DNA of 64,000 bases. Origin: Callorhinchus milii. Lineage: Eukaryota. The stretch lies in the NCBI RefSeq assembly GCF_018977255.1, contig NW_024704760.1, positions 5,890,001-5,954,000 on the forward strand, read 5' to 3'. Under the pieces are notes generated by a model that saw nothing but the letters and a program-made list of their open reading frames with translations, ran no database searches and was not told the origin of the DNA. Positions 1 to 12,600 of the stretch are shown here, piece after piece. Positions within the stretch are counted from its first letter, which is position 1; every line of letters begins with the position of its first letter. The translations under genes and the position numbers were made by a program.

Positions 1-1732
1 AACAACCTATAGTTATCATAACAAGTTCGCTTCCATTTTCTTAACCAATTTAACTCCTGAAGGCCCAGCTTACTGACATTTTTATCTCGAGTGATTTACA
101 GCCTCCTTGTAACACTTGGCACACTTGGGTGGATGTTCTGCAACTCAGCTCAATATATTAAAACAGTATTTTCTGCAGGTCATCTTGATGTGGCTAAGAA
201 CCATACTGCCTTCATCTAATCAATATCAAGCAACTTCTATAATCAAGGCCGTACTTGTACAAATCAGTTTGCCATAAGCAAGCCAACATAGTAATTCACT
301 TCTAATCACAATAGTAATTCACATCTAATCAAAAGAAGCACACTAACTTATCGGACACAATAATTCTATTCTATCTTGCTTCTCCAAAAGAATAATTAAG
401 TTCTGATCACAACAGTAAGCCAACACACATCATCCCAAAGAACTTTCTGAAGGAAATGATAGATAACTGTAACTGAATTTTTTTAAAAAAGTAGCAAACA
501 GTGAGGTATATTTTACAACAGAGTTACGTACAACACTAAGCACAGAAACCAGCCCGTCTGGTCCATTTTGGTATTTATACTCCTTGTGAGGATCCACCCC
601 TCTTAATTCCCTCTCCCTTACCCCTCTATTGCCTTCCAACTCATACAGGATACATGTCATCCCATTATTTCCTGGATAAGGAGCAGATAATATGTTGCAT
701 ATAATTTTATGATCATGTTGTAAATTATTCAGTACTTTATTTGAGATTTTTTATTTTTAAATACTTTCTTTGAGATCTTGAACCCCTTCCACTATAGTCT
801 CTGCCCCAGTCACAACTAAGACTGTGCTACTCAGGGTTGATAAATGACATTCTCTTAGATTAAGATCAGGCAAACCACGTTATGATCTGATTATTACCCG
901 GGGAACTTAAAATTTAAATAACTTGTTTCTGAAAATGTTACTAGACGATGTTGATAACTGATAGTTTTATAAAGTTTTATTATCGTGGTTGATCATAACA
1001 TGGTTTTTGCTTGTGAATTGCACATGTACAGTGACTACACTTTACAATAAGATCCTATGATATGTTTGCTTCAGCCACTTGATAAGGTGCTATATCAAAT
1101 GCAAGGATGAATAATTATTTGTTTGAGATTCTCTACTTATTTCTCTACTTATCTAGGCCTGATCATTTTCAACAATATTCAGCATTTTGTTTCAAAATAC
1201 TCTTGCGACATATTTCTCCCACAAAATATACAGTCACTACATTTGACGGTATATTCTGTGAAGCACTTTGAGACGTCTCAGTGATGTGATAAGGCGCTAA
1301 ATCAAATGCAAGGATTATTATTATATGAGAATGCTAATAGAACAGGTATGTTTAGTGTACAACTGGGTTTGCTGGAAATCCTTAAACATCAATATTCATC
1401 AATTTTTGCAATTCGGTGAAGGTAAATTTCCATCGATAAAATCCATTTTTTTTTACCTCATTTCAGTGAAGACAATTTGACACAAACAGAAGCCAACAAT
1501 AGCTTTCAAAAAGCTTATTCTTAACTAGGATTTTAACTAGTTTAATCTTCTCTCAGTAATTAGTTTCAAAATATGAAGCTAATCAATATTTTTGTTATTT
1601 TTGATTCTCAATGGATAAAATGACATTTATGGTGTATTTGTAATTAATTTTTCAATCTTTCCGATCTGATTTAGAAATGGCCAATTTCCAAATCGACACA
1701 TCACCATGAGACTGATGCCTGTGGCGACGTTA

Positions 1733-2060
1733 CAACAACAACAAATTACATTTTGTAAAGCACACGTCGGGAGGATATACCAAGATGCTGGAGAGTCCGG
1801 GATCTGGACCCAAGTAGGGGTTGGGACCAGGGAAGGTGTGGAGGGCAAGGAAGGTAGGGGTAGGAGGATTACCGAATGCGCGATCGAAGAGGAGGGTCTT
1901 GAGACTTGCTTCGAAGGAGGCAAGAGAGGGAGCGAAGTGAAGGGACTCTGGGATTGAGTTCCAAAAAATGGGGGCAGAGAGGTTGAAGGCTCGACCGGCA
2001 ATGATGGGGTGAGCCGGGCGGGGGGTGTGGAGCAATGCCAACCTGCTGAGCGGAAGGAGT
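1733..2060 (-). mobile_element. L2-clade LINE 3' fragment
   Basis: Minus-strand peptide GRAFNLSAPIFWNSIPESLHFAPSLASFEASLKTLLFDRAF (L2 ORF2 C-terminus) with a (GTT)n tail. Confidence 0.8.
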
Positions 2061-2617
2061 GGACTGGTTGATACAGGGTTAGCAAGATGTGGAGGGACAA
2101 GCTATGTGCTTTTAGCTGATTAAACTTCAGCAGCACCCCCAACGCACACTTTGGGGTCTCTAATACTCTGGAACAGTAAGGATGCATCCCTCCAGGAAGA
2201 AGGTGCGCATTCGATTTCAGACATGGAAATTTCCATGTTTAGGTGGCATGCAAATGTGAAACTGTCTGGTTTGGATGCTCTAAAGCATGGTCTCTGTTTC
2301 CACATGTGCCAAGACTAAAGCAAACAAAAAAATGAACCTTTGCAATAGTCCAAAAGGGTAAGAAAATACAACAAAAATACAAAATTAAATTTGTTTAGCG
2401 CCTTTCACGTCGGGAGGACGTCCCTAGGTGCTGAACAGTCAGGGGTTTGGATAAGAGTGCATCAAAGTAAATAATAAGGTGCACATTTATATTCCAAAGT
2501 AGTATTGAAACATTTTAGTTTGATCTTTTATGAACTTGAGCAAAATCAAAACTTCAGAACTATGCACACACCGTATGCAAATGATAAGAATCGCGCATTA
2601 AACTTGTGATGCAAGTT

Positions 2618-2623
2618 TTTATT
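2618..2623 (-). terminator. Candidate RH2 polyadenylation signal
   Basis: AATAAA on the minus strand about 830 nt after the stop codon; not verifiable without transcripts. Confidence 0.35.
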
Positions 2624-3447
2624 TCTAAATACTAATGTCAACTTTACAAATTATCTTCATAGCATAAATACCGTTTATATATAAAAAATATACAGTGAGG
2701 GCGACATGCACATGCACAGGCAGTTTTACATTGTTAATTTTTAGCACAAATGTTTGCAGAACGCAGGCAGGAGAGAGAGGACTTTGTTGAATGGATCGGA
2801 AATGTGTTAACTTGCATACTGTGGAAAGAGGAACTATGTACAATATAATCCCTGGTTTCTGTTGATCAATATCAGTATTATTTGGATTTCTGTATCACAA
2901 ATACAGCACATTGTTTATACATTGTATATCTGTACTCCGATAGTTTTTGTATTCTTAAAAGAAGTGGGGTTTCTCCCTACATTGTAGAAACTGTATAACA
3001 ATGGTTAAAGTTAATCAAATTGGCCAGAAATTATTTTTGTCTCCAGGATATATGATTTTTCAAATGAAATGTTGTGAGATTTAACACCTCATAATCCACC
3101 CATCGTTCGTTATTGATGAAGGATGGATTTCCAATCAAAAAGGGCGAGTGAGAAATAAGCAAATAAATTGATCAAAGGTCAATAATAACCCGTTTTGGAG
3201 GGATGCTTGTTACTGTAGATTCTAAGAATATAAGTAAGTTTGTGTTCGTGTTCATTCCACAGTATGCAAGTTCGTATTCGTGTTCAGAGTGTTTATAGGG
3301 GAATTCAGATAATTATTAAAATACTTTTTGTACACAAAAGGATTTTAGTAGCTACCTGAGTTCCCCTACAAACAATTGTCCACATTAAGATCCCCTATAA
3401 AGAACTGTACACATCTCAATCGGTCTTTCTGCTACTATCGGTTGTTC

Positions 3448-6400
3448 CTATGCCGGGGAGACTTGACTCGTTGATACGGAAGAAACCTCTGTCTTGCTTT
3501 GAGATGTTACTGATGAAGAATCATCATCTCCAAACGGATTCTTGCCGCAGCACACTGTGGTGATCATACTGCTACGGAACTGAAAGCAAAGTTTCCACAA
3601 GGCAATTCAGATAGATATTCTTGTGCATCAAAACAACTCTTTTTAAGTGAATTTAAAGCTGAACCATTCACAATTTCAAAACATTATATTTGGGTGGGTC
3701 TGAAGAGTATTTCTCCCGGACCACAAGCCTTGGATCTTATATTGGTGTAAAAAATGGTATCCCACAGGAATTTCTGTTCCAATTTTGGGAAAATAAAAAA
3801 GTGATTTGTATACAAGCGTGAGAAAGAATGTTTTCACGCAATTTCTACACAAATATGCAGCAAAATAAAAAAAATTCTCAAATCTCAAATGTAAAAAGAA
3901 ATTTGGAGGCACTTGAATTGTATTTGTTGCTATTATCTGCACATTTATACGTGTAAAATGTCTGCAAACATGTTGTGCATTCTTGAATCATGATTGCAGA
4001 AACTGAATCACTAGATGTACGTGTATGTCTGTGCACTGCGGCTAAGCTAAAAGCATTTCAAGCACTATCCTTATTGAAACCAGTTCAACACGTTTTTAAT
4101 ATACAGAGGGGAAAAGAGAAATTTGCATTTAATATTTCACTGATTGGTATATTCAACGAGTCATTCTGTAGACTACATTAAATTAGGTATACGGATTTCA
4201 AGCATAATAACCAAACACCCTGCTGGGAAGTGATGATTATTTCGCATAACTATTAATAAATAGTTAATGTTAATTAATGTCAACTATTAATGTTAATTAA
4301 TGAAGAACCTTCCCATCTCATAACAACCACTTTCAAAACCGTGAGAATTTTACATTTGATCTGTTGAAATAAAATATGCAATGGATTATTAACACATTTA
4401 CTTATCATTAATAATAGTCCTTGCATTTGATATAGCACCTTATCACACCATTCAGGTTTCTCAAAGCACTTCCCGGGATATACTGTAAAGTACATTGACT
4501 ATATTTTGTGGGTGAAACGCGGCAGCCAATTGCACACAGCAGTGTCCCACAAACAATTATGGATTGAGTGATCAAATATAGCTTAAAAGAGTTGCAGAAA
4601 GTCAGCAGTGTGTAAAAAAAAGACTAATAACAAACATATTCTTTGACACTGTAAGCTTACAAACGTCAGCAGTGGAATACTGAGGGGAGATTTCCAGTAA
4701 AAAAAAATTGCAAAAAACTTTGTCTTCCCAGGTTTTAGTTTGTTAACTTTGTGATATTTTGTATTATTATTAATATTTTGTATTTGTATTATTGACTTTA
4801 CATTTTGTGGGCAGAATTTGTGAGGTTTAAGGTCTTTCTCTCCAATGAAATAATTAAGGTATTCCATTCTTACCTGCTTGTTCATTAGTATGTAGATGAT
4901 TGGATTGTACAACACAGAACTTTTAGAGAAGAATGAGGGGATAGTCATGAGTAGAGGTGAAATCCATGCCCCTTGATGAGTGAAGATCCAGATTGACAAA
5001 CTGGCATAGGGTAGCCAAGCGGTCAAAAATCCAATGACCATTAGAATGACCATGCGGGTGACTTCTTTCTCTGCCTTCTGGGTGGTTGCAGACTCTTGCT
5101 GCTGCGCTGCGGCCTGAACGAAACAAGTTCCCATGTTATTGCATCTAAACAAAAATGCTCTTAAAATACACCAGCTCATCGAATACATGTTTAAAACTGA
5201 ATAATTGAGTGCATTGTCATAATAATAATAATAATATTATACATTGAATGATGAGGAGGAACAATGCCTATTCAGGCCATATAGTTATTGCACAATAATT
5301 GATTAATACCTATTATTAAGGTTTTCAAGGTTTTGATGAACGCACCATGATTGCACGCTATTTGAAATGGCATGGCTGTCTACCAAAAAATTATGATCTT
5401 ATTTGTTGAAAACTTTGGTGTTTTGTTTCCCCCTCAGCTTTCCTTTAAAGCTTTCATCCAGTCTCTGATCAAGCTCCTCCGAATCTCTTCCACTTGGTTC
5501 TCTCCCTCTATGCTTTCAAAACCCATCTTGTAAAAAAAAATGTTCTCTTTGACTAAGTAAATAAGTGAAAATCATTGCCATGCAAAATAAATAATAACTC
5601 CTGCTTGCAGCCACAGAATCTGCAGGACATGTTAACGGCTTGAGAAATGCGACTTACCTCCTTAACTTTACAGATTAAACGTCCATATGAGAAGAATATG
5701 AGTGTAACTGGAAATGCAAAATGCACGCTAAACAAGTACATAAGGTAAGAGTCATTGTTGTACAGTGGATTCGTGGTGTAGAAATCTGGAGTACATGAAC
5801 ACTGGAATCCTTCTGGGATGAACCTAAAGAGAAAAACAGCTTCTTAAAATATAAAGCGTATCTATTTTGCAGCACAAAATGATCACTTCTAGAAGAGGGT
5901 TACCTCTCATCATCATCATAATCCTTTTATATCACATTGTCTCAAATGAAAGGATTTTGCTGTGAAGTGTAGTAACTGTGTATTTGTAGGGGAACACAGC
6001 AATTTCCAACAAACAGCTACAAAGTGCGTGACTAATTTTATTTGAAGAATCGTTTTCTCAGACTCGGGGAGAACCCACCTTATGTTTTCACAACAGTGTC
6101 AGTCGGATATTTAACATCCACGTGAACAGGCAGGGGAACTCGCTTTAATGTCTCATCCAAAAAGGATGGGATTTCCAACAATTCAGCAACCGTCTGATTT
6201 AGAATGCTTCCAACTGAGCCAGGTTGACACCTAAAGAATTAGCGTGTGATTTGACCACAACCCTCTGGCATAAAGCTAGGCACGTTCACAGTATAAGGTG
6301 CCATTGAGAGAGTCAATAGTCCTTTTTGTGTTGCATATTATTTTATTTGTTTTTGTATCTTGTTTTTCAATTCCTCCACACCAAGTCATCTATTACCAAG

Positions 6401-7882
6401 TTTTCCAATTTGTAGCAATGTGTTCTGTGGCTGGGTGCTCTGAGATAAATGTGCCTTTATTGAAACCTTACTTGAATGTGTGTCTTTTTATAAAGCCTTG
6501 CCCGAAATACTTTGCGGGTTCTTTTATTTGCGGGAGAGTTATTTAAGAAACAAAGTTCAGTTGATACATATATATATACTCTCAATTTTGATTGAGAGCC
6601 ACGACACGCGAGAAGGTAAGGAAGGCAGTACTTCCACACTATTGAGGGGAACCAATTTTGACGTAAAGATCTGCTAATAATAATAATAATCTGTGCGTTT
6701 GATATAGAGCCTTATCACATCGTCGAGACTGTTCAAAGCGCTTCACGGAGTACGTGGTAAAGTGGATCGACTGTACACTTTGTGGGCGAAACACGGCAGC
6801 CAATTGTGCACACCAGCGCCTTATTTTGTATATCCTATTTCATATTTCACAGCTCGAGTGAAATACTTGCCTCGATGGGGATTTGGGTTTTTTGTTTTCT
6901 CACCTGGACCAGCCAACGAGTGGGGGCACTGCAGCCGTTAGAGCCATGAACCACGTGAAGCCCATTCCCATTAGAGCATGAGACGTCCCAAACCTGAAGT
7001 TGCCCATTGGCTTGCATATCACTATGTACCTTTCTATGGCCAAAACCACCAGAGACCAGAGGGCTACCTGGCCTGTAGAGAGACATCAATAACATAAGAG
7101 AGAGGCAAACAGGGAGAAGGGCAAAAAACAATAAAGGAAAACGTTAAGACAGATAACTGTGGAGATCCATTGGTCTTTTATCGGAATAACGTTCTCTCTA
7201 CCGTAATACTTCGCACCAGTTTGAGCTGGCAATCAAAACGTGATACAACAACATTTTTCGATATTTAACAACGCCCAATCTAAACTGGAGTAAATTATTT
7301 AGTTTGTGTTTGGAATATGCAGTCATACATTTCACTGCTCTTTCTTGGCAGTGGAGGGAACCTCAGCTTTTCACAGATGATAATAATCTTTGCATTTGAT
7401 ATACATAGCGCCTGATAAAAGTTCTCAAAGCGCTTCACAAAATACACCGCAAAGCCAATCGACTGCATATTTTGCGGATATATTTCAGACGTGCGCTACG
7501 CATTTTTTTTTTTGCACCTACCTCCCAGCGTTGCGAAGAAACCTTCAAAAATACAGCCGATTGGCCCGAAGATGAAATAACCGTTCATGGTCGTGTAGAA
7601 GCTTAACACGAATCCGAACATGATCATGACCAGGTTGGCAACAGCCAGGTTGACTAGAATGTAATTTAGAGGCTGCCTGAGCTTCTTGTGTTTGACTGTC
7701 ACCAGCAGTGTCAAGCCATTGATTGGTAGCCCAGCACATATGAGAAGGAACATGTAAGCCGAAATCGAGGAGAACAGCCATCGGTCAGCCAAGTAATACT
7801 GCGGGTATTCAAAAGGATTGCGAACTACACCAGTCCTGTTGGACATAGGGATGTAAAAATTACTCCCTTCTGTGCCGTTCAT
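3448..7882 (-). CDS. RH2: RH2 (rhodopsin-like, green/blue-sensitive) cone opsin, 355 aa; coding exons 7882-7522, 7072-6904, 5823-5658, 5113-4874, 3579-3448
   Basis: Starts [32 protein letters not shown]. Has E113, ERY, K296, NPIIY and the C-terminus [12 protein letters not shown]...VSPA*. Exon lengths 361/169/166/240/132 match the RH1/RH2 structure, with GT-AG junctions in phase. Q122, P189 and A264 indicate RH2 rather than RH1. Confidence 0.96.
4408..4575 (-). mobile_element. SINE 3' half in RH2 intron 4. Similar fragments at ~1200-1325, 6676-6822, 7379-7480, 8325-8478, 11062-11186, 13625-13740, 14066-14235, 21525-21745, 34196-34372, 37085-37195, 37504-37680, 41101-41295, 44512-44650, 45910-46027, 46985-47115, 57520-57680
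   Basis: Recurrent TGTGAAGCGCTTTGAGACGTCTC...ATAAGGCGCTATATCAAATGCAAGGA(TTA)n block on either strand; boundaries approximate. Confidence 0.85.
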
Positions 7883-8003
7883 ATTTAACAAAAAAAAATC
7901 ACGAGCACTGAGGAAAATATAACTTGAGGGTGGTAAACGTTCCAACTATTCTAGAAGACGACTGGAAGGTTTCTCAGCATAAAGCGCAATTTATTGACTT
8001 CTT

Positions 8004-8098
8004 GGATTAGTTTTATACCCTTTTTTTTTAAGCAGCGCCGTGGATTAGGGGCAAGGGCAAAAAGCTTTAAAGGAATTGCCAATCTAAGTACGATTAAG
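8004..8098 (-). promoter_or_regulatory. RH2 proximal promoter: TATA box plus CRX/OTX-type sites
   Basis: On the minus strand: TATAAAA at 8011-8017, TAATCC at 8004-8009 and 8042-8047, and TAATC near 8092-8097. These lie about 120-215 bp upstream of the opsin ATG. Confidence 0.7.
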
Positions 8099-9307
8099 CA
8101 AGATTGTTTGCCAAAACCTGGTGCAAAGCTCTTTATTTTCTCTTAAGACTTTTTGTCATCCGGGCGGGGGGATTTCAATTGACGTGGAAATTAAATGTTT
8201 CAATGAACATCTCGATGTGTGAATAAACCTTATATTTAAGTCTTTCGGCCTTCAGGACCACAAACCCCAAACTTGGGACTGAACTAATGGTTAAGCACAT
8301 ATTTCCTCTCATATTTTTATTTTTATAGTGACTGTGGGACACTGCTGCCACGTTTTGCTCACAAAATATACAAGCGACACTTAGACACCCTACAGTATAT
8401 TCTGTGAAGTGCTTTGAGACATCTCAACGATATGATAAGGCGCTATATCAAATGCAAGGACAATTAATATTATTATTAAAGCAAACCCTATTTTGCTCCA
8501 GTAGATTCACACGCCTGAGAATTATGAAAAAGGTAAATATTATTATTTGTTCATTGATAGGAATTGGAAATTCTAGTGGAAAATATATCTTGGATGTATG
8601 TGGGTCTCAGATCTGTACGCCTAATGTATCTTTTGTGGGTGAAAGGAGGCAGCCAATTGCTCACAGCAGCGTTCCACAACAGTGGTGGATTGAGTGACCT
8701 AATTATTATTATCATTTTAAGGCATTAAAGGTTAAGCTTATTTAAGGTTAAGGTATTTCCATTCAAGTATTTTTCATATAAACGTTTTGCCAACTTACCA
8801 AAAGTGTGTTGGAAAGTCTGAACACCTTCTAGCACCGTAATGTTTTTTGATCATTGTAAACCAATATTTCGAAATGATTCTGTATTTTTTCAACGCGGTG
8901 GCTTTGTGGCATCTTTTAATCAATAAACGTGCACACACATGCAAATTAACTGGGTTAATACAAATAACACAAATGGATTTTTAATCAAATACAACTTGAA
9001 ACGGTTTCTGTTCAGATGAATTATTGAGTGATGATCAGTTTCTCCTCAACTTCAGTCTCTTTAAAAATCGAGAAAAAGCAGTGGGTGGAGTTTTCTTGTA
9101 ATATTGTAATGTTTTCTTTCTTATCTTGTAAAATAATTAGAATTGCGTCCACTGATCGGAACGTTCCCTCCGTTTGGGTTCGATTATATTATGATGTGGA
9201 GTAAATGTGTTTAAAATGATTACTGGTTATGTCACGTGGGTCTCTGTAAAATGCATCAACTATTTTAACAGATCTGCCGAATGCAAATCTGATAATACAA
9301 TTTGCAG

Positions 9308-9624
9308 AATTTATACACAGTACATTCTGATAGAATAATAATTTATACGCAGTACATTCTGATAGAATAATAATTTATACGCAGTACATTCTGATAGAAT
9401 AATAATTTATACGCAGTACATTCTGATAGAATAATAATTTAAACGCAGTACATTCTGATAGAATAATAATTTATACGCAGTACATTCTGATAGAATAATA
9501 ATTTAAATGCAGTACATTCTGATAGAATAATAATTTAAACGCAGTACATTCTGATAGAATAATAATTTATACGCAGTACATTCTGATAGAATAATAATTT
9601 ATACACAGTGCATTCTGATAGAAT
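9308..9624. repeat. Minisatellite, ~10 copies of a 32-bp unit (AATTTATACGCAGTACATTCTGATAGAATAAT)
   Basis: Head-to-tail near-identical units with a few variant positions and no spacers. Confidence 0.95.
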
Positions 9625-12600
9625 TTGCTTAGCTTCACGATACAAATTCACTGTGCGTTTTAAAGCGGAGGTGTGAAATGTGAACGCTGAAATGGAACTG
9701 AACCACTAAAGTGAGCAGTCCTTTGATTGTGGGAAATGAACCTTCGTTGAATCAGACTTCTTCCATAATGAGACGGTCACAATACCATTTATGATCGATT
9801 AATGTTAACCTGGTACCAGGGACCACTTTCCTGACTCCTTGTGCTAAAGCTTTGTGGCCTATATAACCTTAAATTACTCCTAGAATTGTCATTTCAGTTG
9901 AACGTTACGATTCTGAAAGCTGACAATTCAAAATCAAACCTTTTTATTTAAATGCTGATCCATACAGTATCAGCCCAATATTTGTGTTCACCTTTTAATG
10001 AATTTGTTTGTAGAACTTTTTATGATCAGTTGTAATTGCAAAAATATGAATTCATGATGTACACAAATGTTTATCAAGCTATTAGTCTAGTTTGGCAATG
10101 TTTATTTGATTTGTTTGTAACAGAAATGTGTGAAATAATTGGTAAAGTACGATAACATCTCTTTCAATACTTCAGCCAATTCCATTGCTTCACGTATCCA
10201 TCAGGTTAGATTGAATCAGTAAGATGTTCAGATTTTCTGACACAAGCTAAAACAATTAAAACAATTAAAGCAACTGTCAACTAATTCTCCTGAACAAGTG
10301 TCATGGCTAAGAAACTTGCGCTCCCTAATCCAGTTGATGCCTTATAGCCTCTTGTATGTAAGCGCTCTGGGGCACTACCCTGCGTGAGGAGCGCTATATA
10401 AGTGCAAGTTGTTATTGTTAATAATAATCCTTGCGTTTGATATAGAGCTTTTCATGTCATTTCACATCTCAAAGCGCTTCAGAGAATACACTGTAAAGCC
10501 ATATACAACAATTTGCATTTATACAGCGCCCTTCACGCGGCCTAGCGTCCTGGATCACTTATACAATACTCAAAGATGAATCAACAACGGAAGTGGAAAG
10601 AAAACGAGCAAAACTAAATCCCAACTGAATGTGAGTGATTTTACAGAAAAAGGATTGATAATTGTGCATTGGACCTGCAATAATTTTGGGTGATGATTGT
10701 GCGTTTTATTCAAACAATTTCGGAAAGGTTAATTTCCTATATTACATATTGATTGATTAAAATTGATAGAAAGTCTCACATGTGCAGCTAGGGCAGTTGG
10801 GGGAACATTAATTAACTGCAGTAAGTGAATTCAGAAAGCAGCATTGATACAGCTTCTATTTACAGTTATTTTAGGACACAGTTCATGTGAGGCGCTGAGT
10901 GAGTCTGGCTTGTATTTCTTTGAGAGAAAATATGGACTGTTCAGTAGAGGATACGTTGAGTCAGAAAATTTGGTTTTTTTCATGCCTATTATATATATAT
11001 TTACATCAGAGACACAATTAATAAAAACAGCCTGATATTGAAAAAGCAAAGGTGATAATCCTAATAATAATCCTTGCATTTGATATAGCGCCTTATCAAA
11101 TCTTCGAGATGTCAGAAAGCACTTCACAGAATATACTGTAAAGTGAATTGACTCTATTTTTTGGGTGAAACGTGGCAGCCAACTGCATTAGGTTAGGGAC
11201 CTTAATATTAATAGTACCAGATGGTACAGTAAACTCTCCTTATCCCATAACAAGATTCACACTCTTCCTTCTAAACAGGATTAGATCGACCGGCAGAGAC
11301 AATATCTGATCAAAAAAGTGCTATCACCCGCCAGTCTTAATTTGGTGCACAACTCAAGTCTCTGGTCGTCTAAAGCAGGATGTATACTGAAACCTTTAAT
11401 GTATCTGAACCCAGATTAGGAGAAACAGTACCAGCACTTATTACAAGCTGCATTAGAGTATTTTACCAATGTTTTCTTTAGTTTTGAAGACAAAATTTTG
11501 ATTGGATATTTGCCAATGATTGCATACCCGATCCGATTCAGAATCTCACCCCTTGTTAATTCCCAGGAAATGAAATGTGGTGGTTGGAGTTTAATAGAGC
11601 AGGCAAAATAACAAGAAAATAGAAAATAAACAAGGTGTTACTAAGCGTACAAAGATAACAGAATTTGATTTGCCATGACAGGTAGTGCACATGTGTGTGT
11701 AGCTTATGGGTTCTGATCACTGTTGGGAATGTAAAATCACAGCTGCCACTTCAATGAACTGCTGGGGGAGTGATGCATTAATGGAGATACTGGTCTTCAG
11801 ATGAGATGTTAAACCAAATGAAGCATTTAGATTTGTGATCGACTAGTATTCTGGGTTAGACTTGTATGCAGAAGGGTTTGCACTATAAGCACCATATTAG
11901 CCTACCGTGTGGAGCTCTGCAGAAGGCTCGTGTTAAAACACATTAACACTTTGAGGTTTGCAATTGCCCTTCTGTACCACAAAAGAAAATTTAAAACAAA
12001 ATGTGGCAAGATCAAGGTATTGACATTTATTTTAAGATGCCCAAATTATCCCCCAAATTGCAGTATTTCTAAATGATCTGAAGTACTTGCAAACCGGTTT
12101 CACTAAAATACATTTAGTCTCTAACGACTTGAAATTGGAAGATGCTTTTAATAAAACTAGAACAAAGCAATTCCATACACTCAAATATTTTATTGTACAA
12201 TTTAAAATCCTGCATGTTGACTGGATATTGTCTTTTTAATATGTTGATTAGCAGATTTAGCCTGTTCCAGTAAAACTGTAACTGACAAGATGGTGTAACA
12301 AGATTTACAGCAACTTTAGTCAGCTGTTACGATGATTAACACAGATGGTCTTGGCACAATTGCATTTTAACAGGCTGAACTTAAGCGTCTTGGAGGAACC
12401 TCACTGAATCTGATCCAATCTCCTTGATGGCCTGTAGCTGTCTCGATGTCTGCACATTATGAAGGATAATTAAACGTCATAATGACCTTTGAAAAATCCT
12501 TAAATTATTTCATTTGGAAGCCAGTTACCTGCAGGTCTTAAAAACCTTTTACAATATATTTTTTCTCCTGAGCCATTGACGAACAGCCTTGAGTTCCAGC

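Noticed and set aside
3448-7882. Calling the opsin rod rhodopsin RH1 or a pseudogene
   Set aside because: Q122, P189, A264 and the MLN/LEMD2 neighbourhood fit RH2. All five exons are in frame with E113 and K296 intact.
9308-9624. 32-bp repeat array as a CRISPR
   Set aside because: Units are contiguous with no unique spacers, there are no cas genes, and the context is vertebrate.
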